From: Octopus bimaculoides
Taxonomy: Eukaryota
Length of the DNA: 48,402 bases
Direction of reading: 5' to 3'
Assembly: GCF_001194135.2 (NCBI RefSeq)
Contig: NC_068991.1
Location: forward strand, 40,107,800 to 40,156,201
Position 1 is the stretch's first letter, and each line of letters opens with the position of its first letter. A model generated the notes under the pieces. That model was given only the letters and a program-made list of their open reading frames with translations, was not told the origin of the DNA and searched no databases. Shown piece by piece: positions 1 through 13,383 of the stretch. A program made the position numbers and the translations under genes.

Positions 1-256
1 CTGTGGAACAAGCCCATTGTAGTTTAGGTTTTCGCCGCTAGAAGCCACTTGATACGACTCTCAGACATCAGTCTGCCGACCGGCGTCGTCGTATGGCGTC
101 GTACTGCCATGTGGTGCGTCTTTGTTTTACATTGCTTTTCCCCTGTTCGTTGATTTTTATGATGGCTGAAACGAAGGAACAGCGCGCTTCCGTGAAATTT
201 TGTTTTCTGCTTGGGAAATCAGCGGCCGAAATAGTTGTCATGCTTCAAACAACTTA
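1..256 (+). mobile_element. Mariner element A, 5' part (transposase N-terminus), interrupted by a LINE
   Basis: Translation MAETKEQRASVKFCFLLGKSAAEIVVMLQTTYK matches the mariner transposase N-terminal motif (EQRxxIKFCFxLGKSA). The left TIR is not in the window. Confidence 0.8.
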
Positions 257-2630
257 CAAGTGTCGAAGTGCATCCCTTGACCAAGTTTGCATACATGAGG
301 ATGATAACATAAGACTTGGAAGGCAGAGACAAAATTGATCCCCAAATGCAAAACATCAAACATGGCAAAAAACTACCGGCCAATTCCATGCCAGAATTTA
401 ATGTATAACATATGTACAGTATGCTTAAACCTCTTCTTCCAGGACCATTATGAAACCTATAACATCATCACAGGAGAGCAAGCAGTTGGGAAGAAGAGAG
501 TCTGGGGATGTGCCGAGCAATTGTTAATCAACAGAACTGTGCTGTCAGATGTGCGAGAGCATAGGAGGAGCCTAGTTTCAATGTGACTAGACTACAATAA
601 AGCCTTTGACTCTGTTCCCCACTCATGGATGCTAGAAGTCCTTTAACCTATTAAAGTTCCAGTGAACGTAGTTAAAGTCATAGCTAACCTGACTTCATCG
701 TGGGCCACCATCTTGAAATTAAACAGAAATTAATTATCACTGACAGAATACAGTATCGCAAAAAAGTATATTCCAAGGAGACAGCCTCTCTGCGATGTTG
801 TTTGTACTTTCTGTAAAACCCTTGTCATTCATGTTAAGGAAGTCTGAAGGATATCTCACTGGTTCACAAGGAAACAGGAATACCAAAATTACACACCGTT
901 TCTTTGTAGATGACTTGAAACTTTATGCAAAGAATATGCACGAGATGGAAAAAAGCTTTGACCTAGTTATAACCTTCTCAAAGGATGTAAGGTTGGAGTT
1001 TGGTCAGGATAAATGTTATATGGTTGTTGAAAAAAGGGAAAACTGTAAACCAGTCTAACATCTCCATCAATGACTTGACTGCTTCCCCTATATCTGACGA
1101 GGAATGTCACGGGTATGTACAATGGCACCTGTAACAAAATACGTGTCACAAAAGAATATTACAGCGGAATAAAGAAAATTTAGACTTTAGCACTCTCTGC
1201 ATCCAATAAAACAGTGGCCCACAATGTGTTTGCAGTACAAGTGCTTATACCAACATTTGGGCTGCTTGATTGGACGCTTGATGAGATCTGGGCCATTGAT
1301 GTGAAAACCCGTAAAATACTAACAAGCACACATAATTTCCATATAAACAGTGACGTAGACCTCCCCTACCTAAAACGAAAACAAGGTGCCAGAGGTTAAA
1401 CACCGATCCAAAATGCCTTGGAATGTCGTATCATATCCCTTCGACAATATCTTTTAATCACCAAGTGTCGAAGTGCATCCCTTGACCAAGTTTGCATACA
1501 TGAGGCTGATAACATCATAAGACTTGGAAGGCAGCTTCTTGAGCAATATTCCTTATATGATAACCTTAAATGCATGCCCCAAAAAGTCGCACGACTACAC
1601 CGCAACGCATCATCAGATGAAAGGAAAAGCATATATGAGCAGAAGACTATGCATGAATATGTTAGAAGAAAGCTCCGAGATGATAGTAACGTTAATCATC
1701 AAAGCACTCTATCATAGACCGTTAACCGGATTACTACCTCCTACTTTGAAGGGTATGCGTTTGCAATCCAGGAACAGGGAATATCAACCAAATACCTGAC
1801 GCACAAAGGGGATAGATATGCAGGAAAAGCAGTAAATTTTGACAACCGATGCAGACTTTGTGGAGTTCACACCAAAGATATCACCCACATCATAAGCAGT
1901 TTTTCAAAAATGTCATGACGGTATTATCTACCGATGAGACATGACGTTGCAGCTAGGAAACTCTTCAACGAAATCCGTCGGAAGGATAATCCCGAGGACA
2001 AACAAATAAGAACCCACAGTATGGTAGAAGCCATAGCCATTCATAATAAAAAGGAGTACTGGTGGAAAGTCCCAGTGAAAACCTCAATAACATGTAAGCA
2101 CAACATACATGATATAATGGTTTGGGATAGGGAAGAGAAACTGTGTAGCCATAGCCATTCATAATAAAAAGGAGTACTGGTGGAAAGTCCCAGTGAAAAC
2201 CTCAATAACATGTAAGCACAACATACATGATATAATGATTTGGGATAGGGAAGAGAAACTGTGTAGAGTTGCCCAGCGGATGTTAACATAAAGCTGAAGA
2301 TTAGTGAAAAAGAGAACACCTATGCTGAACTATTGAGAAATCTGCAGTTACTCTATCCAGATTACAAGCTCAGATTTATACCTGTAATTATTGGGATCTT
2401 GGGATATGTAGCACACTGCCTAAATGCCAATCTTGAGAAATTAGGCTTCTCAGAACTAGAAAGGAGAAAGCTGGTTCGAAGACTACAAATCCAATCCATC
2501 ACTGGAACTGTAAAAATCTGTAAAACTTTTCAGAAGTTTATCATTTAAGTATATATGAACATGTCTAGACATACATACATACATACATACATACATACAT
2601 ACATACATACATACATACATACATACATAC
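257..2630 (+). mobile_element. 5'-truncated, degenerate non-LTR retrotransposon with RT and restriction-like endonuclease (R4/Dong-like)
   Basis: Frameshifted motifs in order: LIPK..KNYRPI, EQAVGKK..GCAEQLLIN, LDYNKAFDSVPHSW, FQGDSLS, THRFFVDDLKLYAK, DVKTRKILT..DVDLPYLKRKQGARG, CRLCG..DITHIIS zinc knuckle, RHDVAA, RLE region with DIMVWD..FIPVIIGILG. Stop at 2548, short 3'UTR, (CATA)n tail at 2570-2630. Confidence 0.92.
2031..2266 (+). repeat. 118-bp tandem duplication inside the LINE endonuclease region
   Basis: 2031-2148 and 2149-2266 are identical except for one substitution (atggtt/atgatt). Confidence 0.95.
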
Positions 2631-3122
2631 GTGAGAAGAAATCGCCGAATCACCATCCGTGAGTTATCAGAGGATGTGCAGATCAGTTATGGCTCAGTTC
2701 AGTCCATTATCACCGAAGATTTGAGTATGAGACGCGTGTCTGCCAAGTTTGTGCCAAAATAGCTTTCATCTGACCAAAAAGACATTCGGGTTTCAGTCGC
2801 AAAAGATCTCCTTAATTGTGTCGAGAATGATGAAAACCTTTTGAAAACTTTGCCTAGGCCTTTGAGCAGGTATCACCAAGCTTTTGACAAAATTTGATGC
2901 AGATTCATGGCGCAATTTTCTGTCATGGTCAATGTGACGATCACACGCTACGAACCTTTCTTCCAAGCACTGCTGTAAACAGGGGAAGGGAAATAGAACG
3001 TTAAAACTTAGTGTGCATGCACAGCAGAGTTCAAGGTCAATCTTTGTCGAGCGGCTTGACTCTGCGTGCTTTAGCTTCGTTACTATAGCAACAGTCCGGA
3101 TACTTATTGATCAGACCACGTA
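2631..3122 (+). mobile_element. Mariner element A, 3' part (internally deleted), with right TIR
   Basis: VRRNRRITIRELSEDVQISYGSVQSIITEDLSMRRVSAKFVPK*LSSDQK continues the transposase. TIR-like AGTCCGGATACTTATTGATCAGACCACG (3093-3120) is followed by TA. Confidence 0.8.
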
Positions 3123-4964
3123 TCTTATCTTGGCTAGTATTGAGACCATTTCAACTAGGTTAGATCAGTATTACGAAAAGGCATTTTACTTTTGTTTCAT
3201 TAACATCCAATCATTTAAGGCATTCTTACATATGTATATCCATGTTTGAGTAAATCAAAAGATGAAGCGCATAGATGTAAAAAGAAAGAAACAAAGGAAG
3301 AAAGAAAAGGAGAAAGGAGGGAAGAAACGAGCTTGGGGGAGAATGAACCATATAATTACTTATCCCAACCAAAAGTTAAATTCCTGTCAGCTCCTATAAT
3401 TAGGTGCGCTGAACTGTTCGGAATTCAAATTAAGGAAATGTGACTTCATTAATTCTTCACTAAATATGTTAATTGTGATTCAATGCTCGGAATGACGTCA
3501 ACGGAGTAGCGAGTATTGAAGAGGTTGAACTGATGTGATGACAAAAGACAAATGATCACGAACTCATCTCGTGTTTGTAATATTAAAACCACATGTCAGC
3601 ACTTTTTTTTTATTGCCTTAAATATAGATACCACTAATATCAGTTCAAAATAACAACACCGTCAACAAAAACAAAATGGCATTAATTAAACATTTTTATC
3701 TGACATTCATTCATGTTAGTTTTTCTATGTAATATATACTTACCGCCAGGTGATAAGTGCGTTAAGTCTAAATATGGAAGCTATTTATGCTACGAGGCTT
3801 TCGCCACGCATGCCTGCATTAAATGTAAGCTAGTTATTATTAAAGTGCAGTTTTCATTAAATGTCAACTGTTAAAGATTACTGTACAAGGTACCAAACAC
3901 GTAGTGATCTACTTACAATCTCTAGCGGGTTTTTTTTTAGGCATATATTTACTGTTACACTTTTACATTTATATTTTCCTAGTGCCTGGAAAATTATATT
4001 GTGTAACACGATTTTTGTCTTTGGGTAGCAACTATCATTCCCTATTTGCTTACCCCTAGAAAATATGAAAAATGGTTAATATTTCCTCCAAACTTTGCTT
4101 TTCTTACATTTATTCAAACCGCAAAGGATCCCTCTCGATATATGACTATGATGCATCCTCAGTGACGAATACCCTCCGGTCCCTTGAGAGCTAAACGAGA
4201 GCAGCTACTTTATGATATATTCTTTGAGTCTATAAAGCCGCTTTACTTCACAGTATAGATTATAATCCTCTTAAGCCGTGAAACTAAACCAACTCATCAA
4301 AAGATGAACTTATCATAAATATCTTAATTTTGGACACGGTGAAAAATTTGTTGAAGCGTATGTTAGCCGATGGAGAACATGTTCAACGGCGTGCTTGTTA
4401 TCTTATCATCATTACTATTTTCATTAGTTATGTTTATGATGTTTATGAGACAGCAAGACAAAACATTCTTAATTCCTTGAAATAATATATCTTTCCTTTC
4501 GGAGTTATTGAAAAGTGCTGCTATGTTTCGGCTTGCTTTCTCCAACTCAGAGACAAATTTCAATTAATCAAGAATTTTTTATGCTCAATGATTTTTTAAT
4601 ATACCCCAAGACTGATGTATTTAACTCAAACAAATTTGTAAGAGACAGTTCCTTTTTTTTCTTTTTGATCGTCAATAGCGATAGAACTTTCGTGGAAGTT
4701 ATCGATTTGTCAAGAAGAAAGACAGCCCCTATGATGCTTTTCAGGGTCTCCGAGACCAGTCAAAGTTATCTTCAATCGAACCCTGAATTCGGATGCTTGC
4801 AACAGAATGGACCACCCCGCTAAATGCACCCAAGTCCCAGAAAATGGCGTTACACCGGGTGTCGAATTACGTCTGCCACTTAAATAGAGTGATTCTAATC
4901 CAGAACTCAGAGATTCCAAGTAAGACAAACTGTCCAACACACTAACGATTCTGTCAGTCCACTA

Positions 4965-5090
4965 GATCTCGGAAGGATGTTAGGCAAGGTTGACCTGAGT
5001 AGAATTTGAACTCAGAAGGCGAGGAGCCAGAATAAGCTCTGCATAGTATTTCATCTGACCCTCTAACAACTCTGCCAGTTGGTCGCTTCA
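4965..5090 (-). mobile_element. SINE family A, degenerate partial copy
   Basis: Reverse complement aligns by eye to the intact copies at 11238 and 32867 (ctggcagag..ttctgagttcaaatt..ggtcaaccttgcct..catcc). Confidence 0.65.
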
Positions 5091-5699
5091 TTTGCACAGA
5101 GCCTCATTTTGGATGGGACTTTTCTTACTGCATGTTTCATGCCGGTCTAGTAGCCTGTTGCCAAGTTATAGCAATTACATTAATGTTCCAGCTCAATCAG
5201 TTACAATATCTGCAGTTTCAGTGTAAGCAAATAAATAAATGATAGAAAACAAACATCGATAATGTATCCTTTTGTATTCCATTTTCTTTTTATTTTCTCC
5301 TCTTATCGAATGCTACGTAAAGCAGATTATACAATCCATGGCGACGAGGCTCGCTGTTTTAATTTGCCTAGGTGATAGATGGGAAGTTGTAAGCAATGTG
5401 ATAATTAATTAGATGAAGAGTGCGAGGGCATTCTCATGAAAGAAGAGAGCCGAGTTGGATAATGCAGAGTCCCTGCAGTTGTATCTAAGTTCGGGACGGA
5501 TAAATTAATGACTTGACATTCTGAGAGTTTAGTGTCTAATTTAATGAACCAGCAAGTGATATAAATATACTGAATGGTGAACTGTATGGGATGAGTAAAT
5601 ATATATATTTTTTACACATTCACACATACGAATACAATTTTGTCTAATGATATAATAATGATAATAATAAATCTTTCTACTATAGACACAAATTCTAAA

Positions 5700-6110
5700 A
5701 TTAATGGGACGGGGCAAGGCACAACGGTCAGGAAGTAATATATAACGGAGGTGATATATGAATTCACTACCACTGCCAACCCTTTCAGAGACAACTTTTT
5801 CTCGGATTGTTTCTGGGTGAGATTGGCTACCTTGCTCGTCACCTTGTCCCAGTTCTTTTTCATTTGAAGATCTGGACCAAACCAGACCCCGTACAATTTA
5901 ACTGGTCACTGCAGTTGTTATCGGTCTTTTGCAATTCTCTACCTCCCTTGCCGAAAGTCGTGGCACGTTGTCGAGGTAGATACTGAAGTCCATCCTGCAT
6001 TCTGGAGTGTGTACTTTTTAATATATTTTGATAAGTTCTTGATGCTTCTGTCTATGGCTGAGTAACTGGTGATGCCTTGAGAGTGCTGTTCATGCTGGTC
6101 GGAATTGCTA
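5700..6110 (-). mobile_element. Tx1/L1-clade LINE ORF2 fragment, internally deleted
   Basis: YLDNVPRLSAREVENCKRPIT (pre-RT) is joined to GVWFGPDLQMKKNWDKVTSKVANLTQKQSEKKLSLKGLAVVVNSYITSVIYYFLTVVPCP (post-RT). Homologous to 36320-36480. Confidence 0.8.
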
Positions 6111-6114
6111 TGTG

Positions 6115-6119
<5 letters not shown>

Positions 6120-6173
<54 letters not shown>

Positions 6174-6270
6174 TTAGCGATTCAGTAAAAAGAGATCGAT
6201 AGACTAAGTGCCAGATTTATAAATAAGTTCTGGGCTCGTCGATCTGTCTGACTAAACCCTTCAATACCAG
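6120..6270 (+). mobile_element. (TG)n followed by the degenerate 3' half of SINE family B
   Basis: (TG)n 6120-6170, then aaattagcgattcagtaaaaagagatcgatagactaagtgccag, similar to 39180-39234. Confidence 0.6.
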
Positions 6271-6284
6271 CCAAGCATTTCATC

Positions 6285-7150
6285 AAGAAATTGTCGACAA
6301 ATGCACAGATCAGCATTGGTTCCAAAAATGTTATAATGCGAACGCAAAGAGGAAGGCTGGAGACGACTTTCTGCCATTAACAGTGACCAAATTAGAGCCA
6401 TTATTTATGTGAGCGCAACTGAAATAGCTTGAGAATTTGTTGAAGAACTAAACGTTGACCATTAAAGTGGTTGTTTGATATTTGCAGCGCATTAGAAATA
6501 TCTTGACTAAAAGTTGTCACGTGCGCTGCGCGAAAATACAAAAGAAAATATATAATAACCTCTATTATGAAGTTTGTACTGTGCGTTCTATGCCATACAA
6601 AACAAAAATCCATTTCTGTATTACATTGTGTCATGTGATAAAAAATGAATGTACGACTACAATGACGTTCGGCACCGAGAAACACCGAAGCCTGTTCCAA
6701 AACCGAAGTTGCATTAAAAAAAGATTATGGTCGCTGTTTTGTAATCAGCAAGTGGAATCCTTCACTACTATTTGTAGAAACTTAGGCAAAATCAACACAG
6801 CAGAGAAATCAACTAATCAACAAAATGCAATGCTTCGTCCAATAGTGGCCAATCAAAACAGACCGATTCTTCTCCCTGACATGCAAGAACGCATCCACAA
6901 ACCATACAGCAAAAATTGAATGCTATGGGCTACAAAACTCCATCTTATCCAGCTCACTCCCCAGACCTTTCTCCGACTGATTACCACTTTTTCATCTCGG
7001 TAGTTTCATGCAAAAGGTTTTCTACAACCAAGTTGCATCTCAAAATGCCTTCAAAGAATTCATCACTCCCAGAACACCAGAATTCTATGTTACCGGTGTA
7101 GATTTGTTTCTTGTTGGTGAAAATGTGTAGATTCAAATGGTTATTATATC
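6285..7150 (+). mobile_element. Mariner transposase pseudogene (Hsmar1/cecropia-like)
   Basis: Across frameshifts: NSDQIRAII, EELNVDH, NKNPFLYYIVSCDKK, PKPKLH*KKIMV, PILLPD, SPDLSPTDYHFF, EFITPRTPEFYVTG, KCVDSNGYY. These match the recalled Hsmar1-type motifs. Confidence 0.88.
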
Positions 7151-7157
7151 AATTATT

Positions 7158-7350
7158 AAGGTGGCGAGCTAGTCAGACAGGATGTTGCTTGACAGGATTT
7201 CTTCCAGCTCTTTACGTTCTGAGCTCAAGTTACGAAGATCAACTTTCGTAGTAGATAAAATAACTACCAGTTGAACACCGGGGACGATGTAATCGACTTA
7301 CCTCTCCCTTAAAATTACTGGTCTTGTGCCAAAATTTGAAATCATTATTT
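7158..7350 (+). mobile_element. SINE family A copy
   Basis: ggtggcgagct head, ttacgttctgag, gataaaataactaccagttgaacac, ccttgtgccaaaatttgaaatcattatt-type 3' end. Confidence 0.75.
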
Positions 7351-8184
7351 CAATTAATAAATTTTTAAGAATTTTTATGGTTACAGCCTTAATTATTTTT
7401 GCACTTACCTGAATTAGCTTTCTAGGAAAGTTATATCACATACCAAAAAGCAAATAAATTAAGCAACTCTGTTAAAAAGAAAAAAAGGAGACAAACCCTA
7501 TGGCATTATCACAAAACTGAAACCAATCAGAATAATAGAATTGATGAGCTAACATTTTACGTTTATTTTTGCAAATTACATCTTTAGTGTGTGACTTATA
7601 TATAAAAGCCTCTAAGCCATGGTATTTGGCAAAGTTATTTATCTAGCTTTTAGGGATTAGAGAAAGTTTCTAAGGCATTTTAAAAATCTTGTTTCGCATG
7701 GAGTTCACCGTTCACTTGTTCACTGTTACACGCAACAGTGTGTATTTGTCGTTAAGTATATACATTAATGTCTTAAGCTTGTTTTTTTTTTAACATTCAT
7801 TTAGATAGATTTGTAAATCTGTACATTGAAACAGGGTTGTTTAGAGTTCAATATCTTCTTTAACACTATAATACCACAAAGTGATATTAAGTCTATTTTC
7901 ATGACAGATCATCACTGATTGTCATTGTCATAGACACATTACCGTGATTGTTGCAGGATTTAAACTTTGGCATCTTTACCAGTCAGTCACCATGTCATCC
8001 AAATATAATTTCTTTACTATTTTCACTAAATGGCCGGACATTTCCTCAAAAGCAACAAATAGTTAATTAATTATAATTAATTAAGCAATAGACAGCATTC
8101 ATTTTCTGCTGTATCTCTTGTGTGATACAAGGTAAACTGTTATTTGTAATATATTGGAGCCATCGCTGTATTGTGGCAATTATA

Positions 8185-8345
8185 AACCGCCAAGGTTAGT
8201 TTTTGCCTTTCATCCTATCGGGGTCGATGATATAAAGTACTAATCCTGGACAGTAGGTTGGTGCAATTGTTAAAGTGTCAGATAAGATACCTTGTAGCGT
8301 TCGTTCCGGCCATTTACGTTTTATGTTCTATGGTAGCAGTCTTAA
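8185..8345 (+). mobile_element. SINE family A fragments (core, then a second head)
   Basis: ttgcctttcatcctatcggggtcgatga core, followed by a degenerate head ending ttacgtttta. Confidence 0.55.
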
Positions 8346-8927
8346 TCCATCAACCAGATTAACACTACCATCTGCTCTTTCAAGGAATTCACTCTGTTGC
8401 AAGCGTCTCGGTCAGATTCCCGTTCAGGAATAACTTGCTTTCTTCCCTCCAGCTTTGGAAACCTTCAAGACAAGGGTAATAAGGGACGCCCCTCTCTCCC
8501 AAACTAAGCAAAAAAAAAAAAAAAAAGATAAGGAAAAAACACTGAAGCTAATAAGATATAACAGCGATCTAGCGATTGTTGAACTCTTTCAATATTTGCT
8601 CTCGAGATTTATAAGCACTAACTTTGTCTCGTGCATCGCTAGAATATTTTCTTACAAAGAACTAACTAGGTCATATGGTTTATGATCGTATCATGGAGAG
8701 TACAGATGGCCGAAGGGATAGATTAGATGACAAACAGCAGACAAATTGCCAGTACTTCGTATATTTTGGTGTGTTTCATGGCGTCCATCATGTTGTTAGC
8801 ATTGAGGTTGAGTCACTGGTTTAATAATAGCTTATTCTTTCAAACCAATCCCAAATGTTACGAGTGCTCCTCTTTCTCTTCCTTATTAATATTCAGTTGT
8901 GTCTGGTCATGACAGCTGATTATTAAT

Positions 8928-9100
8928 AATGATTTCAAACTTTGGCACAAGGCCAGCAAGTTCGGAGCAGGGGTAAGTCGATTACATCGACTCCGGTGGT
9001 ACTTATTTTATCGACACCGAAAGGATGAAAGGCAAAGTCGATCTCAGCGGAATTTGAACTCACAAGGTGAAGACGGACGAAATGCCGCTAAAAATTGGCT
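8928..9100 (-). mobile_element. SINE family A copy
   Basis: atttcaaactttggcacaaggcc..tatcgacaccgaaaggatgaaaggcaaagtcga..aatttgaactca is the reverse complement of the family A sequence. Confidence 0.85.
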
Positions 9101-9696
9101 CAGTCTACCTGATTGTAAACAGATACTGCAGCCTCGATGATTATAGGCAGTGCTCTTCCTCTTCATTAATTAGTTCCTAATTTAGGCGCAAGGTTAGCAA
9201 TTTGAGGGGAGGGATCTCTCCGACTGTATTGATGCCCCAACAAATTCTACTAATCTACCGCCCTCTTCTTCTTCATTAATAAAAATCTATTATCTGTTCA
9301 TGACATTCGGCTATCAAATAATTCAGTCCAAGTAACTGTAAATAGATATCCAGGGTAAGAACAGCTTGCTACTGTAAGCAGCGTAAATACACGTGAAAAG
9401 TGTTGTTAATATGGATGAGGATTGACCGGTGAAAAACAACTGGCGTGTAACCTTCCTAGAATAACAATGCGAACACCAATTTTCCAGTTCTCAAGTGATA
9501 AGATCTCAACCAACAAGTAAACGGAACTCTCAGGAGCTGATGGTGCATTACGACGTACACTCATACAAGTGCTCTTTATATGAGCCTCAATTACATATAT
9601 ATATAACATATATACGTACGTAAACGCTTTGTGTTTCCTAAGTAAGCATGCAAAAACTGTCGATATCACTTATTGAGATAGGTTAGCTAGTCGAGA

Positions 9697-9697
9697 A

Positions 9698-9744
<47 letters not shown>

Positions 9745-9752
9745 GTAAATAA
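9697..9752. repeat. (AAAT)n microsatellite
   Basis: Direct reading. Confidence 0.95.
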
Positions 9753-10858
9753 TTATCGGAGTGCGGTCATCAAAAAAGTTTTATGCTTATGAAGAATGCT
9801 TTGAATCGGAATAAGTAGGAAATTGATATGTGGATAAATTCAATGATAAATTTTCATTCTTCCAACATTTACCATGTTCGTTAGCAATACACTAACACCA
9901 GCAACACCACGACCACAACTATCATCACTACCCCACCACTACTACCACCATTATTGTTAAAACATTCAATGTCTGTCAACTTGGTTTTTGAATATTTTAA
10001 TACTTCCGGTGTTAATTTGTCTACCATTTTTTATTAATCTAAAACGAGGGAATATATCATTACTGTTGATATTACATACATATATACATACACATATGTA
10101 TATTCATACATATACATACACACGCGCGCACACACACACATATATTCGTTTTCATGAGTGTTTTATCTTAAAAACTACATTCCTCTTTCCCTTCTTTTTG
10201 GCCTCACACTCGTGCCCGTTGCAAGCTTCTCGTTTCTACTCCTTCCTCACACATACAATACAATTACACTTATACACCTTCCTCCCATACATCCACTAAC
10301 CCATGCCACTTCACTCTCATATTTGCACACCTCTACGCATTTACACATGCTCCAAAAAAAAAACTACATCGGTAAAATTCCCCTAGAGATTATCTCAATC
10401 TATATACACTGATATAGTCTTAATCTCCTCCGCCTTTCCTAACTCCACCAGATGGAATTGCAGTCCTACCTGGCACCTACCTAACTTCTTTTTTGTTTGG
10501 TTCATTGCCTTCTGTATATATACGGTAGAATCTAACGAAGGACTAATTTCAACAATGACCTGAGGAGGCGCATTTTACACTTTGGATGGATGATAGTGAT
10601 TACACATCTCACCAATGTACTACAAATGTTAAAATATGTCGAAACAATAGTAGCGTTTTTAAATAATGAAGGTCGTTCATTCCATTTTCTATTATATATC
10701 TATTTATATAAACTCTTCGGATACTATGGAATTCCTGATAAATATCCAGTAGCAAGAGTATTTCCACTGTAAGATGACATCAGGTAACCAATAACTGTGG
10801 ACGAGCTTTGCATAGCATACTATAAGGTTTTTACCCGAATCTTACTTAACTATGTATA

Positions 10859-10967
<109 letters not shown>

Positions 10968-11237
10968 GTGTGCATGTGTGTGGGTCTGCATACATTCATA
11001 TACATGAATGTTTGTGTTGTGTGTACGTACACACACACTGAAGTTAAATATTTAAATGGTTTTCTCTCTCTTTCTCCCCCTCTCCCTCTCTCACACACAA
11101 CACACTCATGCACGCACATGCACACACATATATACAGAGGCTCGCACAACGATGCACAGTTAAATTAATTAGTTTCTAAATATAAATAGATTACGTATTG
11201 ATGAAATGGATGAAATGGCAATGTAACGAGAGAACAG

Positions 11238-11455
11238 GGCGGCGAGCAGGCAGAACCGTTAGCATGCCGGGCAAAATGCTCAGCGGCATTTCTTCCGTCT
11301 CTACGTTCTGAGTTCAAATGCCGCCGTGGTCGACTTTGCCTTTCATCCTTTCGGGGTCGATAAAATAACTACCAGTTGAACGCTGGGGTTGATGTAATCG
11401 ATTTAACCCTTCTCCTGAAATTGCTGGCCTTATGCTATAATTTGAAATCAACATA
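11238..11455 (+). mobile_element. SINE family A, near full length
   Basis: ggcggcgagcaggcagaaccgttagc head with A/B-box-like gagttcaaat, core ggtcgactttgcctttcatcctttcggggtcgataaaataa, and AT-rich 3' end. Confidence 0.9.
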
Positions 11456-13383
11456 ACTAGAAAACGCTGCAAATACTACAAACGCTACAAATCCCAAGGA
11501 CTCTTAACTCAAAAAGTCTTGTCCCTTTGTTAGCGACTGGCTTGAACTCCACAAAGAAGAACTTAACCAAAACTTAAAGAAGACATTTTCATACATTATA
11601 CAAACTTGTGATTTCACGAACAAAATGGGAACACTCGATAGGTTGTGTAGAGTGAATATATGATGACATAAAGATAAATATTACTGATTTTCCATGGCTA
11701 ACTTACATACTAGATAAACCATTCTTCAGATGGATGTGATTACGATGATGATTTTCCTCTCAAATGACGATTTCATTTAAATGTTATTTATCTGTGAGCA
11801 ATGGATTGTTAATTTCCGTTTAGCCAGAAAGAAAGAAAGGAATATAGGAAAGATATAAAAGACACAAAAGAACGAAAGAAAGATAAAAGGAAAGAAAGGA
11901 AAGATGTACCACATATGCTTATAGCTTTGTCTTACAGTAGGGCAGCACTGTGGTAAGCTGTCATCCACGTTAAACTAGTACACGGAAATAAATGGTGGTG
12001 AGGTAGTCTTTGAAATGTTGAAAAAAGTGTTAGTAAGAGAAAACAGGCGATAGTTCTAAAAGTTTGAGAAGCACTGCTCTCTAAGGAACTTGAAAAGCAA
12101 AGAACTGTAATATCTTTTAAAAATTTAGAATCCACAATAGTATTTTAAGGGCCCATGAAAACATTTTGCTTTAAATATATATATTGGTATGTATTGCAAG
12201 AAAAATTTAGGTTTCTTTCTCTAACATTTTACATAGTTCATCCTACACAAGTTAATGTGTGAAAAACTAAATAGTGAATGGCTAGAGAGATCCACCAGAA
12301 TGAAATAGTAATCGAAAGGGTCGGTCCATAAATAAGAAATGGTTGAGAAGCCTTGCTTTAACCTTTAACATAAGTGTCAAAGGGTGAACTAGGAATCGAA
12401 ACAGTTACCGATTTGATTCCACCAAGATTTAAGTATTAACCTAACGTATTTATTGGAACCCGCTAGAATGATTAAACTTTTTTTATCGTTACAAATTGTT
12501 GGTTTTAATGAGGTTCACCTTAGCAAAACTGAAGCACAACATTCGCAGAAAAAAAAAAGCAAAATGTATTTTCGTTATAATTAATTATCTCATATATAAT
12601 TAATTATTTTATTAGAAAAGATGGTTGGACGAAGAAAAGAAACTCTATTTTTAATCTGATCTTTTTTAATCTGATGCCACCTATTGCATCACTGGGCTGA
12701 ATAAATGTAATTAAAAGAAAATTAATTTAAACTAGTACGTGAGCAAAGGGAAAGGGAATGAAAATTGGTTACATTCTGGGTTTTCTTTTCTATTCTCTGT
12801 GTTTGGTGAAACTGTTTATATTAATCTCCGGTGTTTAGTCTCGAACTGACAGCGTTCCTTCGTTTTCCTAGTCTTTAAACTAAAAATTGACGTTTAATGA
12901 GTATGTCCGTTAATTTCCGGTCCCTGGCTTTGAGCCTATCACTCGTTCTTTCGTAGACACAGCTTCCGCTTCCATTACACTACTTCTGGTATTTAGTCAT
13001 ATTAGATTAACAGAAGCGAATTTCATTATTACCAGTAATATTGTCATCATTTACGTAGTTGCTGCCATCATCGTTTCGTCATCAGCAGCAGCAGCAGCAT
13101 CGTCATCGTTATCGTCGTCGTCATAAAACTAAAATGATATGTTTCAGCACACGAAGCGAAAATAGAAACTGATTCGCACATTAAGATATCTGTCTGTGGG
13201 CCGAATGATAAATGGCTCCTCTCCCATCACCTGTACAACTGTTTGTCGCTTGGAAAGACTTTTCTCAACAGCTCGACGCTTTCTACGTAAATTGACAAGC
13301 ATCTTTGTAAACTGTTGACTCTATATTGAAATCTTTCCAAGTTCCTCCTGTAAAAATGCATAGATACGACCAATATTATTATT

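Noticed and set aside
3493-3500. Full CRE palindrome TGACGTCA
   Set aside because: A single 8-mer with no promoter context; compatible with chance.
4363-4940. Three short ORFs in unique-looking sequence
   Set aside because: No recognisable motif; overlapping opposite-strand ORFs of chance length.
5338-5375. ATG-initiated MATRLAVLICL followed by AG|GTGATA, like a signal-peptide first exon
   Set aside because: Weak Kozak context and donor, and no downstream exon identified.
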